Source: Octopus sinensis
Lineage: Eukaryota
DNA length: 64,000 nucleotides
Assembly (NCBI RefSeq): GCF_006345805.1
Contig: NC_043002.1
Location: forward strand, 96,534,001-96,598,000
Direction: 5' to 3'
Shown: one piece after another, positions 1-14,631 of the stretch
How the letters are laid out: each line of letters begins with the position of its first letter
Numbering within the stretch: position 1 is the first letter of the stretch
Notes under the pieces: model-generated
Databases searched by the model: none
What the model saw: only the letters and a program-made list of their open reading frames with translations
Told to the model about the DNA's origin: nothing
Made by a program: the position numbers and the translations under genes

Positions 1-478
1 TGTCTTTTTTCACTGGCTAATGAACAATAAAAACAATCTAAATAAAAAAATAAAAACAAACTAAAAAGCTGACTCACATATTTATGGCCTTTTGTGTACA
101 AACTGTAACTACTATGCTTATACAATTAAAACATCTATCCTATGCTAGCATTACAAAACATGAGGCCGACACCAAACACAGCTAGGCATAGCCATGTAAT
201 CTATGCCTAAACATATTTCACTTTCATTTCATTTCCTAAACTACTAGTACTTAGAAGTCTGTTTAAAAGTCACATTTTATCATATTCATTTGTTTGTTTG
301 CTTTTTTTATTAGCTAATTGAACAAGTTAGTCTTAAGCATGTGTAATATACATAATCAGCAATTTAAAAGTAGAAAATATCAGTAAGTTTTTAAAAGTTA
401 AAAGATGGTTTATACATACACTCACACATACACAAATGCAAAAGGTCGAATGAATATATATATATATATATATATAAC

Positions 479-509
<31 letters not shown>

Positions 510-1137
510 ACTCCAAAAGCTGCACCTTCCTTAAAAGAGCAAAGAATTCACTTGTAATACATGATGTTTTTTTGTTTTTGTTTCAAAACTTTGACACACT
601 TAGATCATATATCAATAGTTATATACTAAAAAAAAGTTGTGATCTTGATATTAAAATGACATATATTTCTTTTCAAAGCAAGAAATATCAAGTTATTTTC
701 ATGTTAGAGTAAATTAAAAAAAAAAATTTAAACATAGAAACCTAATATTCACTCTTTTGCAATAATGAAATCTGAGGTTCCAAGCTTTCTTCTTTTTCAA
801 GCAGCTGCAATCAAGATGCACTTTGCCATGACACATCAGGGATCTTGGATTCCACATTAACTTTAAAAGGTTTTCAATTTTATGTTTCTCTGCCAATAAC
901 ATCAATGTAGTTGAGTGTTTTTTTTTTTGTTCTCTTTAAGGATGCAGAAGTTTCCAAACTACAGCATCTTACACAGTGTAGTGTCCAGCACAATAGCAGT
1001 GGCCAGGAAGCCTATGCTGCATTGAGAAATAATAGTAGAGAAGATGGACTGTATTCATAAATCTCTTGGGTCTTGTGCTCACACTATGAAATGCTCTGAG
1101 CCCTCATATGATCTATGTATCATGAAGATAACCTTAA

Positions 1138-1358
1138 CTCTTTTGCTACCAACTCAGCTGAAACCAGCTCTGGCTCTGTAGTACAAATGCCTTGTTTTTG
1201 TAAGTTTTGAATTAAAATCTTCCACCAAACCTTAGTCACAATTTATGTTCCTAACACTAGCTTAATGGTAACTAAGTTATTTTACTCAATTCTTTGTTAT
1301 AGTTAAAATAATTGAAAGAAACACAGTGCATCTCAAAATAAATACAGTAATGAAAGGG
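1138..1358. mobile_element. piggyBac-type MITE
   Basis: TTAA on both sides; degenerate TIRs CTCTTTTGCTAC / GTAATGAAAGGG. Confidence 0.65.
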
Positions 1359-2319
1359 TTAAAGCTACTTCTTCATGGTTCAAGTTTTGGTTCCATGGAA
1401 AAGAATGCTCTCAACACATGTCCTGAAGGAAGCCAACCTTCTTCACTTTGAAATATTTTGTTACCAAATGTTTTGAAACATGTTACAGGCACTCCAGGGT
1501 TTTAACGTTGCATTTCAGAAAGTCTTCCTTACTGTCAGCAACATAGGATCCAAAGTACTTGAAGTCAGTGACCTCTTTGGGTTGTGTGTAATCATTAGAA
1601 CTGGTTGACCTATAAGACTGACTTTAGCAGCAGCATTTTCAAGAGTAGCTAACAAGTCTTGTGTATCATACAGTTCATAAGCTATGAGGGCAAGACCATC
1701 AGTAGTTAGAGATACAGGCTCCACTGACATCTTGATCACTACCAGTTGATGAACTAAATATAATCAGATGTGGGTTCAGGTTCCATGGACAGCCTTCAAC
1801 TTTTTCTATCCAAAAGGCTATTCCAACCCAATATTGACATGCTATTATTTATAGGTTCTGAAATATGATTTGATAATCAATGCTCCAAAAGAGAATGATA
1901 TATATATATATATATATTTCTTTACTACCCACAAGGGGCTAAACACAGAGAGGACAAACAAACGGATTAAGTCGATTATATCGGCCACAGAGCGTAACTG
2001 GTACTTATTTAATCGACCCCGAAAGGATGAAAGGTAAAGTCGACCTCAGCGGAATTTGAACACACAACGTAGCGGCAGACGAAATACGGCTACGCATTTC
2101 GCCCGGTGTGCTAACGTCTCTGCCAGCTCGCCGCCTTTAATATATATATATATTTGAATGTGTGTGTGTGTTCAGAGAATTTAAATACAAGCTACTATAA
2201 TTTTCATGTATTACAGAACCATGAAACTTATATACCTTGCGTCTAAATATGTATTTTACACACACACACAAACACATGCATGTGTGTGCACACAGACTTG
2301 ATAAGACAAGCTTTCAATA

Positions 2320-3850
2320 CTGAGACAATTCCACTTTCCAATAGGTCTGTGTCAGTTGTAAAAGATTTCCAACTCCTATTTAATACATGCATTAGACATA
2401 TTACACACTTCCAATGGAATCTTTCAAGTATTTTGATATGCCATTGACATGGTGTCTAGGTTTCAGATGTGTATATCAGGCTTCTGATTACGTAGGCATC
2501 ACAGATACAAAACTTAGTGGATTGTGTCAAAGCCCTGTTTAATCAAACTCATCTTTTGAATGTCCTACATGTAACTGAAGTTCACTTAATCCTCAAGTTA
2601 ATCAAAGAATCTATGGATTCATCCTTGGAAACTGAGTTACTGAGGTAAACAAAAGAATCCACTACATCAGATTTGGTTCCTTGAACAAGTATATTTGACT
2701 TGACATATGGTTCACCTGGAACAGGTCTTAACATCACTTTAGTTTTCTTCAGGCACCTAAGCCCAAAAGCAAAGGTAAAATGCACTGGAAAAGAGATCCA
2801 TCATTTTCTGAATATTTTGCTTCTGGTGAACTACAAAGTCGCAATCATCAACATACAGCAAACTATGAACAACAGCTTAAAGGTCTTTGATTTAGCTTTG
2901 AAACAATTAAAATTATAAAGTTTATCACAGTCCCGAAATGCATGAGCAATTACAGCTGCAAAGAATATGGAGAAAAAAGCTGGTACAAGTGCATTTGCAC
3001 AACACTATTATATGCAGGGATTGGATTTCAACAGAGAACTTTTTGAGTCAATCCTTCATATCAGTGAGTTGTTGGACAAATGCATCAACAAAACCTAGTG
3101 AGTACTTAAACTATCCTAGTTTTCCTTAATGCATGTCTATTCATGTCATTCATTAAGTCAATAAACATTCGATAAAAGTGGGGAGGCCCTGCCCTATGCA
3201 CAGCTATTACACTGTCTGACAGTAAAGATTTGATTTAAATTTACACTGAGACTCTAGGACAACAATGGACCATAAGTTTATCAGCAAATGACCAAATAAA
3301 TGTCTGGTGAATATTTTACTAACATTTACAAGTAAAGAAATACCACAAAAGTTGCCTCAGTTTGACACGTTTTCTCCTGTGCAGTGAGATCAGTATTGCA
3401 TCTCCTCACTCTTATGGAATTGATGTACCACTTCACACACTGAAATTTAATACGGTCACAAGATCAGTTATTATATTTTCATAATACTTAACAATTTCAG
3501 CTGGTGTACCATCAATTCTTGGGGGATGGGGGTCTTCCCTGAGTTGAACTGTTAAACAGTAATTTTGACTTCTTCTATGTTAGGATGATTGACCATTTCC
3601 TCAATAAACTTGTACTGCAGGAGGTCTCCAATAGTGGTCTCAACTATTGTGGATGGGTTGTGAAAAAAGATCTGTAAAATGCTCTATCTAATGCTTCAAT
3701 GTCCCTGTCAAAGTGGATCCAGCTTTGAAAAAGAGAGAAACAGTTGCTGATTGGTTCTTCTGTATCACAAAGCCAACACTGCCTTCTCAGTTTTCAAATG
3801 CCCGTTTGCCAATTCAAAAAAGGTTATCATCACATCCCATTTCAATTAGC
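2320..3850 (-). mobile_element. Decayed RTE LINE reverse-transcriptase region
   Basis: FGLRCLKKTKVMLRPVPGEPYV...VVDSFVYL..VSKDESID matches RTE RT C-terminal motifs; further LERFH-like remnants near 2420. Confidence 0.75.
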
Positions 3851-3859
3851 TGACCTTGC

Positions 3860-4240
3860 CCCGATAACCATGTCTCAGAAAAAGTAGCAATATTGATCTT
3901 ACATTGTTTAAGTTTTGCTGCAGTGAGAATAGTGCAGCACTCAGGCCTGCACTATTGTGTAGCAATGCTACATGGTAGTGAAACTGGGCTCTGAATGCAG
4001 AGGATATGTGAAGTTTAGAAAGAAATGAAGCTATCATGCTCCATTGGGTGTAGGAGACATCAGATGTAGTGTGCAAAAGAGAAGACTCTGCATGTATGGT
4101 CATGTGATGCCTGTGGATGAGGACAGCTGTGTAAAGCACCAATCACCAAATGTAGATGGAACGTGAGGATAAGGAAGACCCAGAAAGACATGGGAGAAAG
4201 TAGTGAAGACTGACTGCAGGATAAAAAGCATATCAGCTAC
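3860..4240 (+). mobile_element. Decayed RTE LINE 3' fragment
   Basis: Remnants ETW/LERNE, YGHVM and GRPRKTWEKVV. Confidence 0.6.
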
Positions 4241-4759
4241 ACCAATACGCCCACACCCAATCTGTCCCAGTGAAGCTTCTCCAACTCATCTTCCTAACAC
4301 CCATCTTTACATCCCACAACTCATCTTCCTAACACCCATATTTACATCATACTTCTAACTACAGCATGACTCAGTGAAGTGCCATGATTATACGACTCCT
4401 TTCTGTGCTACAAATTATCCCTTTTACTGGAATCACTTCCTTTTGTTACCCATCCCATATTCTCAATATCATCCTTACTAATTTATTTTTCACTGAATGT
4501 CCTTTTCTGCAAAACAAATTCTCATATCTGCAACCTCTGCTACAAATATTTCCACCTTTGATCCTCTGATCTCTGTCTCTATACATCACTGTCTCACACC
4601 ACTATTTCACATCTCCATAGTTTTCCTTTTATGGTTTAATTACACTGTTGCTATCCACCCCCTTTCCTCTGTACTTCCACTTATCCCTTCTTGCTCTTTC
4701 TCCCTGACTCCTGTAGTAGCAGCGCACGCACACATTATTAGCCATTTGAAAAGACTGTG

Positions 4760-5051
4760 GAATTTACAATTAACTGCACCAGGGTTCCTCTTCCCCAGGG
4801 AACCAGACTTAATAGTATACCCGTGGATGTAGGTCCAGCCCCTGCTTTGCCGGGTCCTGTCTCTGATCATGTTGCACCTCCAAGGGCATCCAGTGATACC
4901 AGAGGGTGCACACTCTCCTACCCTGATGTAATCTCCAGGGATACAGGCATCCAGCAACAGGAACTCCATAGTGCTATGATGGACTGTGAAGTCTGGCGTA
5001 ACATAGTAAATTCCATTGTCTCGACCACGGTCGAACAATGAATGAATGAAT
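4760..5051 (+). mobile_element. RTE-type LINE 3' end or RTE-tailed SINE
   Basis: LSYPDVISRDTG..ELHSAMMDCEVWRNIV C-terminus followed by a (TGAA)n tail. Confidence 0.55.
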
Positions 5052-5782
5052 TCCTTTAATTTTCCTCCAAACTGGTTTTCAGCACTGACCACACCTCCAC
5101 TCACGTTTCCTCATTGTTTTCTGTCCCCACATCAATCACTTTCACATTCTTGTGAATATACCTACCTACCTACCCACTCATTCCAGTCCTCTATTCCTGT
5201 TCTCACTTATATTCATCTTGATGGTACCCTGACACCTTATCACTTCCATTACTTTTCAATCTTTCCAGATGGGGTAGCCATGTATCTCCTCTACAAGACA
5301 TTGGTTCCTGTTTGTCTACCATACTTTAACCTCTTGACGTGTGTGTGTGTGTTTACCCCTTCTATAGCAAGACACCTGTTTCTGTATCTCTCTCTCACAC
5401 TCTAACCTTTTACCATCTGATACAAGATTCCCCCCCACCCTCCAATGCTCCCTCCTCTCTCAAAATTCTTTGCCTTGCAAGTTGCTTGGTGGCCCTGCCA
5501 GTGCTGGTGCCACATAAAAGCATCCAGTCCACACTGTGAAGTGGTTGGCATTTGGAATGGTATCCAGCTGTAAAAACCATCCTAAAACGACCTTACCTGT
5601 GCTGGTGCCACATAAAAAGCACTCAGTCCACTCTGCAGGGTAGTTGGTGTTAGGAAGGGCATCCAGCCATAAAAACCATGCCAAAACAGACAGTAGTCTG
5701 GCATAGTCTTCCACCTGGTCAACTCCTGTCAAACCATCCAACCCATACCAGCACAGAAAGCAGACATTAAACAACAGTGATG

Positions 5783-5817
<35 letters not shown>

Positions 5818-6143
5818 ACACACACACACATATGTATGTGTGTGTGTCCAGTTACTCTGCATGGTACATTCAGCAAGTGTCTCTTAGCCGTGGGCTGACA
5901 AAAGCTTTGTGAGTGAAAGAAGCCCGTCATGTGTGCGCACGTTTGTCCCCCAACCACCGCTTGACAACCAGTGCTAGTGTGTTTATGTCCCTATAGCTTA
6001 GTGATTCAGCAAAAGGGTCTGATAGAATAAGTACCAGGCTTTAAAGAATAGACACTGGGGTCGATACATTCAACAAAAAATTCTTCAAGGCAGTGTCCCA
6101 GATTGGCCGCAGTCTAATGACTGAAACAAAATATATATATATA

Positions 6144-6545
6144 TACTCTTTACTCTTTTACTTGTTTCAGTCATTTGACTGCGGCCATGCTGCAGCACCG
6201 CCTTTAGTCGAGCAAATCGACCCCAGGACTTATTCTTTGTAAGCCCAGTACTTATTCTATTGGCCTCTTTTTGCCGAACCGATAAGTGACGGGGACGTAA
6301 ACACACCAGCATCGGTTGTCAAGCAATGCTAGGGGGACAAACACAGGCACACAAACACACACACACATATATATATACATATATACGACAGGCTTCTTTC
6401 AGTTTCCGTCTACCAAATCCACTCACAAGGCATTGGTCGGCCCGGGGCTATAGCAGAAGACACTTGCCCAAGATGCCACACAGTGGGACTGAACCCGGAA
6501 CCATGTGGTTGGTTAGCAAGCTACTTACCACAGAGCCACTCCTGC
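6144..6545 (-). mobile_element. tRNA-derived SINE family S1
   Basis: tRNA-like head GTGGCT(C/G)TGTGGTAAG..GGTTCAGTCCC, internal (TA/TG)n, tail GACTGAAACAAGTAAAAGAG; more than 15 copies in the window. Confidence 0.85.
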
Positions 6546-6745
6546 ACATATATATATATATATATATACAAGTAATTAAGTCTATATCCGATCCTAGAGT
6601 GACCAATGGTTCTGCCTTTGCCCCATGCGAAACCATTGGTCACTCTATGGCTGGATTATAGACTTTACTTATAAATACTTTACAGCTCTATGCTTTAGTG
6701 TGTTTTTCCTCCGGATATATAAGACATTGACGATATTCATATATA

Positions 6746-7122
6746 TTCTTTTATTTGTTTCAGTCATTTGACTGCGGCCATGCTGGAGCACCGCGCCTTC
6801 AGTCGAACAAATCGACACCGTGACTTATTCTTTGCAAGCTTAGTACTTATTCTATCGGTCTCTTTTGCCGAACCGCTAAGTTACGGGGGGGGGGCGTAAG
6901 CACCAGATCGGTTGTCAAGCGATGGGGTGGGGGACAGACAGACACACACACACATACATACACACACGACGGGCTTCTTTCAGTTTCCGTCTACCAAATC
7001 CACTCATAAGGTTTTTGGTCGGCCCGAAGCTATAGTAGAAGACATTTGCCCAAGGTGCTACACAGTGGGACTGAACCCGTAATCATGTGATTGGCAAACA
7101 AGCTACTTACTAAACAGCCACT
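6746..7122 (-). mobile_element. SINE S1
   Basis: Homologous to 6144-6545. Confidence 0.8.
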
Positions 7123-9509
7123 TTATATATATATATATTATATGAGACGTGGTATAGCGCGTCCCATTCTCTATACGCCACAAATGTATACGTTGCGGTA
7201 CAAACTAAACACCGTGTCAATTACAGTGTGCTGTGCTGCACATAATGGTATCGATTTACAACTAGTGGTTGAGAAGGGTGGGGAAATGGGTATTTGAGAA
7301 TGAAGTGACAAGAGAACAGACACGTTGCGATGATTGTGGCACAATAACATGTACTCAACAGTAATCCTTCTTCAGTCACCAGTATTATTCATTCACTAAC
7401 AACGCAAAATCTTAGTTGCACAGATGTTAAACTATGTAAATAAAGCTTTGCTCTCGAAAGCTCCCGAAATTCTCCACAATATTTTCGTTGTCGGTTTTAT
7501 GACATTTTAAGCACAACAGAAAGACGTTCATCAAACAGTAAAGAACGCCATTCTGCTTAGAATAAGATTCCCAGACAGTCATCTGATTGATAGGTCAAAT
7601 GAGGCAGATGCAGAACGAAGTCGAAGTGACCAAATTCGGGGTTGGAGTATGACTAAAATGTACAATGTTTTTTTTAAAAAAAAAAACCCTCGTAGTAGGT
7701 TTAAATTCAATAACCCAACGCGGTTACTCGATATGCTGGAACTAGCATTCAAATCTTCATTCAATCACACCTTACAGTATTAAACATAAGGTATATTGGG
7801 TAAAATTGAGTCAATAATGCAAAAAGACGGTTACGATTACCACTGGAATATATTCGGTCTATAGGCCTGTCTGTTAGGGATGACCGTATGCTAGACATGT
7901 CTAACGAAAACGGATGGGCGACTCTATTTTGACGCAAAATTCCCTTCCCCCATCACCCGTTACGCTTGCTATAATTAAGGTGGGATGCGCCAAATATATC
8001 TATTTCTTTACTACCCACAAGGGGCTAAACACAGAGAGGACAAACAAGGACAGACAAACTGGTACTTAGTTTATCGACCCCGAAAGGATGAAAGGCAAAG
8101 TCGACCTCGGCGGAATTTGAACTCAGAACGTAAAGGCAGACGAAAAACTGCTAAGCATTTCGCCCCGGCGTGCTAACGTTTCTGCCAGCACACCGCCAAA
8201 TATATCACTGACCCTCCACTCTCCAGACTATGAGAACCTTTGCTTACGTACTGCAACAAACACTGCCGATGAAGGACGGTGGCAGACATGGTATTTACCG
8301 GGGACGGGGGCGGAGTAGGACTAAAAACAAATTACAGAAACAATATTTTAAGTAGTAATTATTATTGTGTGTGTAATAAAACAATGAAAAATGACCGCAT
8401 TAGGAGACTTTTACGATATTGTAACTTATATATACATTGGTGTATGTTTGAATATATACGTTTATTCACACAACTGGCCAGTTAAGACGTAGTAACGCTA
8501 TGTAGAGCATAGCATACACACACGCCTGTAAACAATTTGGTTTCCGTAATTTCTCCATGAATGCGTAAACATTGCTGCTTACACATCAAATATTTATCAT
8601 ACGATGTTTTTTTTTTCAAATACATATTTTCCCTCTTTTCAAGAGAAAAGAAGAATGCGGAGCTGTTTGAATGAAATATGGTTGCTAATTTTCGTAGGTG
8701 ACAGGTGACCCATGTAGCGAAGGTCCACTCGTACGTTCAGTGTGGAAAAAAAAATCTGACAAAATTTCATGGATATTGATAAAGGTAACAGCTATCATTA
8801 AAACTACGTGTTGATCGACCTAGCCTCTATGCCAGCGGTTCTTAACTGCGGTCCTCGACGGTTTTCCCTCTAAACATAATTTTTTTTGAGGTGCGTTTTA
8901 CTCCTTGTTTTTATTATTTTTTTTTTTTGCGCGGCCCCCTAAAAGAAAATCCTGGATCTGACCCCGAGTATTTAAAAAAAATAAGAACCACAGCACTACT
9001 ACGCACTTGCTTGGTATGCTAGAAACAGCAGTAATTTACTTTTCAAATCCCATCAAAATAAAGAATACATGTAATGATGTAGTCCCTAATCTAGCAGACA
9101 TTATATATATAATTAAAGCTTTCCAGCCGTGATTTCCCCCTAATTTTAGAAGTATGTCTGAAACTACCAGACTATCCAGTGTGTCCATTTAAGAAGAGTA
9201 GGGTTCCATTTGAAGCGTATTTCATGAAGATTTCTAGTCGGTCGAGTGACCAGGCAGAGGATCTTGGCTGGTCCAAATTTCGTGCTGGAACAATCCTTAC
9301 GGATTTTTAAGCTTCCATAAACATAATCGATGTGACGACATCCATGCCTGTCTTGACAAGAGTAATACATGACATGTATATAAATAAGTAAAGGTTTCAA
9401 CATAGACTCAAAAAAAAAAAAAAAAAATAAGGAGACAAGAAAAAAGTTTCAAAAAGAAAATCATGCACGCAAACACACACACAAATAGCGAATGAAGAAA
9501 GCAACGTAC

Positions 9510-9818
9510 CCCGAGAAGCCATACATTTTCGAGGAGACCACACACTTTGAAGCCGAATAATTCTAGCAGCCAGCTATGGAAACCATCCTCGTTGGGATCA
9601 TTCAACTCGCTGCTTTCGAATTTCTTGGTACCACTATCACCGTCTGTTTCTGGTAGCTCCAAATGTGAAGATCGTGCATAGTCGGCGGCCGAATTGAACA
9701 CACCGAACTTGTTCTCCCGACAGGCGTAGAGCAAGGCACAACTAAAGAAAAGCACGCTACCCGTCGTGTACGTCCTAAGACTAGGAAAAGGGATCCGTTC
9801 TAATAAGAAAACAGGCAT
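9510..9818 (-). CDS. AMFR: E3 ubiquitin ligase AMFR/gp78, first coding exon; later exons not found in the window
   Basis: ORF begins MPVFLLERIPFPSLRTYT, matching the recalled human AMFR N-terminus MPLLFLERFPWPSLRTYT. It runs 103 codons to ...VWLLG, followed by a GTACGT donor at 9509 (phase 0). Confidence 0.85.
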
Positions 9819-10341
9819 CTTTGGTTCCGTTCGGTAACACCAAATAATTATTATTTACCAGCACCAAAGCCGGCAGGCACTACTAAAGCTAACACACCTC
9901 CACCAGCAGCTACAACAACAACAACAACAGCTACTAGAGTAGAGAATGAAACAACCGAAGTATTAGGTTACTTGTTCAGTAGGTTGGGGTGATTGTCTAT
10001 CGTTGTTGTTTCAGACAAATATATGTTAAAAATGTGTTATTTCATATATTATATATATATGAATTTAGAGGTGTATGCATGTGGGCGAGTAATATGTGTG
10101 TGTGTGTATATATATATATATGTATATATATATATTGTCTGTATGTTCACTAAGGGCCTTAGGTAGCTTAATTGTCCCTTGTCTTTATAAGTATTGTTGG
10201 TGCTTAAATGAAAGTAACAAACTGTCTAAACCTCTTGTAAGCAACCGGATAGATGCAAGTTGTTTGATGATAGTAATTTACACATCTTAAATTGTCTGGA
10301 ATTTTGCTTGTTTTGCGTTTCGTCTTATTTTGCTAGTTTTA

Positions 10342-10375
<34 letters not shown>

Positions 10376-10752
10376 ACTGGTTTAAGTCACTCTTTGCTTG
10401 TTGTATTGATTTTGTTTTCACTTAAGAAATTCCTCAGTGATATATATTTTTTTGACAATTTTCTTCCCATTTGTGTAGCTGACACGCTATATAAGAGATG
10501 TTTAAACTAGAACCGGAATTGTAGCTTCGACACACGTATAAACGAACGAAATGGTTAATCGAAAAAGAACGGACAGATTATAAACGACACAGATTAGAGA
10601 GGGTGAGAGAGAGAGAGAGTGAGAGGGGGGTGGTGGTTGAGAGGAAAATATAACTAAGATTGAAAAGGAAAATGTTTGCTGTTTGTTGCTGTATGTTTTA
10701 GTTATGTTTTATTTCGTCAGAAGAGATTAGGAGAAACAGAGAGTGAGAGGAA

Positions 10753-11050
10753 GAAGATATGATAGGAGAAAGAAGGATTTATGTGTATACGTGTAAAAAG
10801 GAGAGGGGAAATTGCGTGTGTACACACATATATATATGTATATATATATATATATATACGTGAGGGGTGTATATAGGGGAAGAGATTTTTGTGCCTATTT
10901 GTGAGGAAGATATGATAGGAGAAAGAAAGATTTATGTGTATACGTGTAAAAAAGAGAGGGGAAATTGCGTGTGTACATATATATATATATGTATATATAT
11001 ATATACGTGAGGGGGTGTATATGGGGGAAGAGATTTTTGTGCCTATTTGT
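10753..11050. repeat. ~153-bp tandem duplication
   Basis: GAAGATATGATAGGAG at 10753 and 10906. Confidence 0.9.
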
Positions 11051-11480
11051 GTAGTGTGGGTGTATGAGAGAAAGAGAGAGGAGATTGTATGTGGTATTTA
11101 TTATGAGTGGTGTGGGTGTGTAAATTATATATCGAGTTATTTTATCTATATCTATGAGATAAGAGAGAGATATAGAAACCGATATATAAATTTACATAAT
11201 AATGTCTAGAGTCAAGGCATTGCGAATATCGTTTAACTTCCTTGGTGTTGTTTCAGAAACGGTGACGGGAAGCCGAGAGAGATGGAGATGGACAGAGAGA
11301 ACAGAAAGTAGAAGTTGGAAGAAAAAAAGCAGCCAAATGCTGCTTGTTGTTGTAGTTATTTATATATGTTAGGAAAAAAACAACAACAAACTATAGAGAC
11401 GTAAGGATGGGTTATTAAAGAAGCAACAAAAGTATTTTGTGTAATGCAGTGTTGATGTGACATGCGTGTATTTGATGTCT

Positions 11481-12018
11481 TTTGGATGTTTGGGAGAATA
11501 TAAGGCAAGATGTGTTGACAACAGATTCAAAATTGTATCGAAATCTATGCAATGTATATGTGATGCTTTCAGGTAATATATGATGTTTTGGAAACAGAGG
11601 ATATGTGTAAGATGTGTAGGTAATATTAAAATTGATATAGAAGGTATTTTGAAAAGAAAAAATGTGAAATAATAATTCAAGGGATTGGAGAAATACGGGA
11701 AAAAGGTAAAAAATTGATTTTTTTCTCTCTCTACTTGGTTGTTTGGGAATATAAGGCAAGATGTGTTGACAACAGATTCAAAATTGTGTCCAAATCTATG
11801 CAATGTATATATGTAATGCTTTCAGGTAGTATAGGATGTTTTAGATGCAGAAGATATGTGTAAGATGTGTAGGTAATATTAAAATTGATATAGAAGGTAT
11901 TTTAAAAAAGAAAAAATGTGAAATAATAATTCAAGGGATTGGAGAAATACGGGAAAGAAATACGGGAAAAAGGTAAAAAAATTGATGATTTTTTGTCTCT
12001 CTCTACTTTGGTTGTTTG
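11481..12018. repeat. ~254-bp tandem duplication
   Basis: TGTTTGGGA..ATAAGGCAAGATGTGTTGAC at 11486 and 11740. Confidence 0.9.
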
Positions 12019-13422
12019 TTTACGACGGTAAGGAAATATTCAATCTGTTGTTGTTATTATATAAACTACGTCGGACAGAGAGAAATGGATTTGATTAACA
12101 GCGAAAAATGAAATTCTAGAAGACGAACGTCTGTCCGAGGTGTTTATAGTTTTTGTTTTGATATCTTTTTTGGGTGTGTGTTGTGTGTTTTTTTTTTTGC
12201 TAGGCCTTGTTGTTGGTTTTAACGTTTTTAAATCCGCTGGTAGTTGGTTCTAGCATGGAGGACCAAACACAGTCGGCACGTGATATGCTACGGATGGCTT
12301 AAAGCGAAATTATTAAAACACAGCGTCTCCTATATTACTACTGATCCCGTTTCTTTCTTCTTACCGCATCATGATGCCGCGTCATGAATAATGGTTAGTT
12401 TAGACTTTTATTATTCACCTTTTCTTTTTTTTTTTCTTCTTCTCTGTCTGTCTGTCTGTTACTTCTTTTGTATTTTTATTTATATCTTTTATAGTTTTTA
12501 TACTGCGTTGTAATAAAATTTTCTTTTTTTTTTTTTTTTTTTTTGTAAATTTCTGTATAATTTTTTAGCTTTGAAATTAAAATTTGTCGGGAAATCCTAC
12601 GTTGTACTCACAAATTGAAAACCAAAAAAATTGGAAGTTACCAGGAAACAGTATGGATAATTATGAAGTGTGTCGTCCTATTAAAATGCATAAAACAATT
12701 GAGATTTCGATTTTTTTTTCTTTAGTTATCTTTTTTTCCTAGCGAACAATTTACCTCATCTCTTCGCTATCACCACTTAACATGACTTCCCGACGAAGGG
12801 GTTCTATCCGAAACGTTACACTCCCTCAACCTCTTCCTCAAATCAAAACAAAAATTTTAAAAATTCCACTTTTAAGCTGCGTATATTGTTGGCAAGCCAA
12901 TTGAGTCACTACTAGGCATCCATAGATATCACGTGATGCAAAGATGGCGTTGTCGCCTAATGTTTTCCTTCAAAACGGTCTCCAGTTACTTTTTTAAAAT
13001 TTCATTAAAAATTTTTGCATTGGACCTTCTAACATTACATTTACTACCAAATATAATTCAAATTTAATAAATTTGGGGGTTAGAATATGTTATTTTGTAG
13101 TTGGTGATATGAGCTCTGATGAATTAAAAATTCCACTCCACTTACTCTAATAAAAATGTCACCAATCAAAGATTGTTTATGAAAACATCCGTTTTTTTTT
13201 CTTTTTCTTTGTAGAACAGTTGTTGCGTCGTCACTCTTAAGGACCCGCATGGAAATTTTTGCACGGCTCTCCACGCTTACTGTAAATAGCAGCCGATCGT
13301 CCCTCATCAAATCCTACCGCCTTAAAGTTGAGGAGAGATTGGATAATGGAAAGATATAGTAGTAATATGAATTAAATAAAAAAAAATATATGTAATTATC
13401 GCAAAGAAACATTTATATTGCA

Positions 13423-13818
13423 CTAGCAGTATCGCCCGGCGTTGCTCGGGTTTGTAAGGGAAATAACTATATAAGCATTTTTAGAGAGTTATAGCCAAAA
13501 AATAGCAAAAAATGCATTAAAATGGAAAAAAAATTATGGTAAATTTTTTTTAAAATCGTTGACTCATCGTAGACATTTTTAGAGAGTTACTTCCCGTATA
13601 TAATAGCGAAAAAATGCATTAAAATGGAAAAAAAATGATGGTAAATTTTTTTTAAATCGTAGACTCATCGTAGACGCGCGCTAATACCCAGAAGGGCTCG
13701 ATATGAATCACGACTATAAGATACCCGGTTTTGGTTAAACTGCACCGCAAAATGTGGGAGTAGTTAGGAATCTAAATCGTAGGAGACAGACACACAACTT
13801 CACTTTTATATATAAAGA
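13423..13818 (-). mobile_element. Non-autonomous Helitron
   Basis: 5' TC, 3' hairpin CCCGAGCAACGCCGGG then CTAG, inserted between A and T; multiple copies in the window. Confidence 0.85.
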
Positions 13819-14230
13819 TTTTTTTTTTTTTTTTTTATTACTGCGACGGAAGCTGCATATTATGATTACAAAAGACGGACGGCATGGTAGCCAGCAGATA
13901 ACATGAAGCTGAAAAGTTAATATCCTTAGCTTGTTTGAGGAAATCCACTAATTTTGATAATAACTTCAATACCATTCGTGATTATAATAAGCGGCACCCA
14001 CTATTTACTTCACATTACTCGTTACGAATGCAGGCTAATCTCGGACCCCACCAATTCTGGAATTAAATTCATTGCGTAATGTTGTATTTGATACACAATA
14101 GGTGGGTTGTGAGAGATGCGACGGCCGTGATGGAAACATCTTTGATCATAGGTCTGTTCAGTCAGGGCTCCAATGGGGGTTAAGAATCGATTTTAAAACT
14201 TATTTTTCGTAATACGATTCACTGATATAA

Positions 14231-14562
14231 TCTCGCTGGCACTCCGTCGGTTACGAAGACGAGTATCTCAGTTGATCTGATCAACGGAACAGCTTGCTCG
14301 TGAAATTAAGATGCAAGTGGCTGAGCACTCCATATATATAAGTGTGCCCTTAACGTAGTTCTCAGGGAGATTCAGCGTGATACAGAGTGTGACAAGGCTG
14401 GCTCTTTCAAATACAGGTGCTACTCATTTTTGCCAAATGAGTGGACTGGAGCAACGTGAAATAAAGTGTCTTGCTCAAGGACACAACACGTCACCAGGAA
14501 TTGAACTCATGACCTTACGATCGTGAACCGAATACTCTAACCATTAAGCCACACGCTTTCAC
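14231..14562 (-). mobile_element. SINE S5 (head B, tail X)
   Basis: 12-bp TSD TCACTGATATAA. Confidence 0.85.
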
Positions 14563-14631
14563 TCACTGATATAAAACATCCTTTGTTTTCTTTAATAAAG
14601 TAGGCGCGGGAGATGTTTTATCTTATTTATT

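Noticed and set aside
1-9509. AMFR exon 2 (expected VFGxLRVSE-like peptide)
   Set aside because: No matching frame found by eye; ORFs 714-905 and 9164-9403 are unrelated, so the exon is probably outside the window
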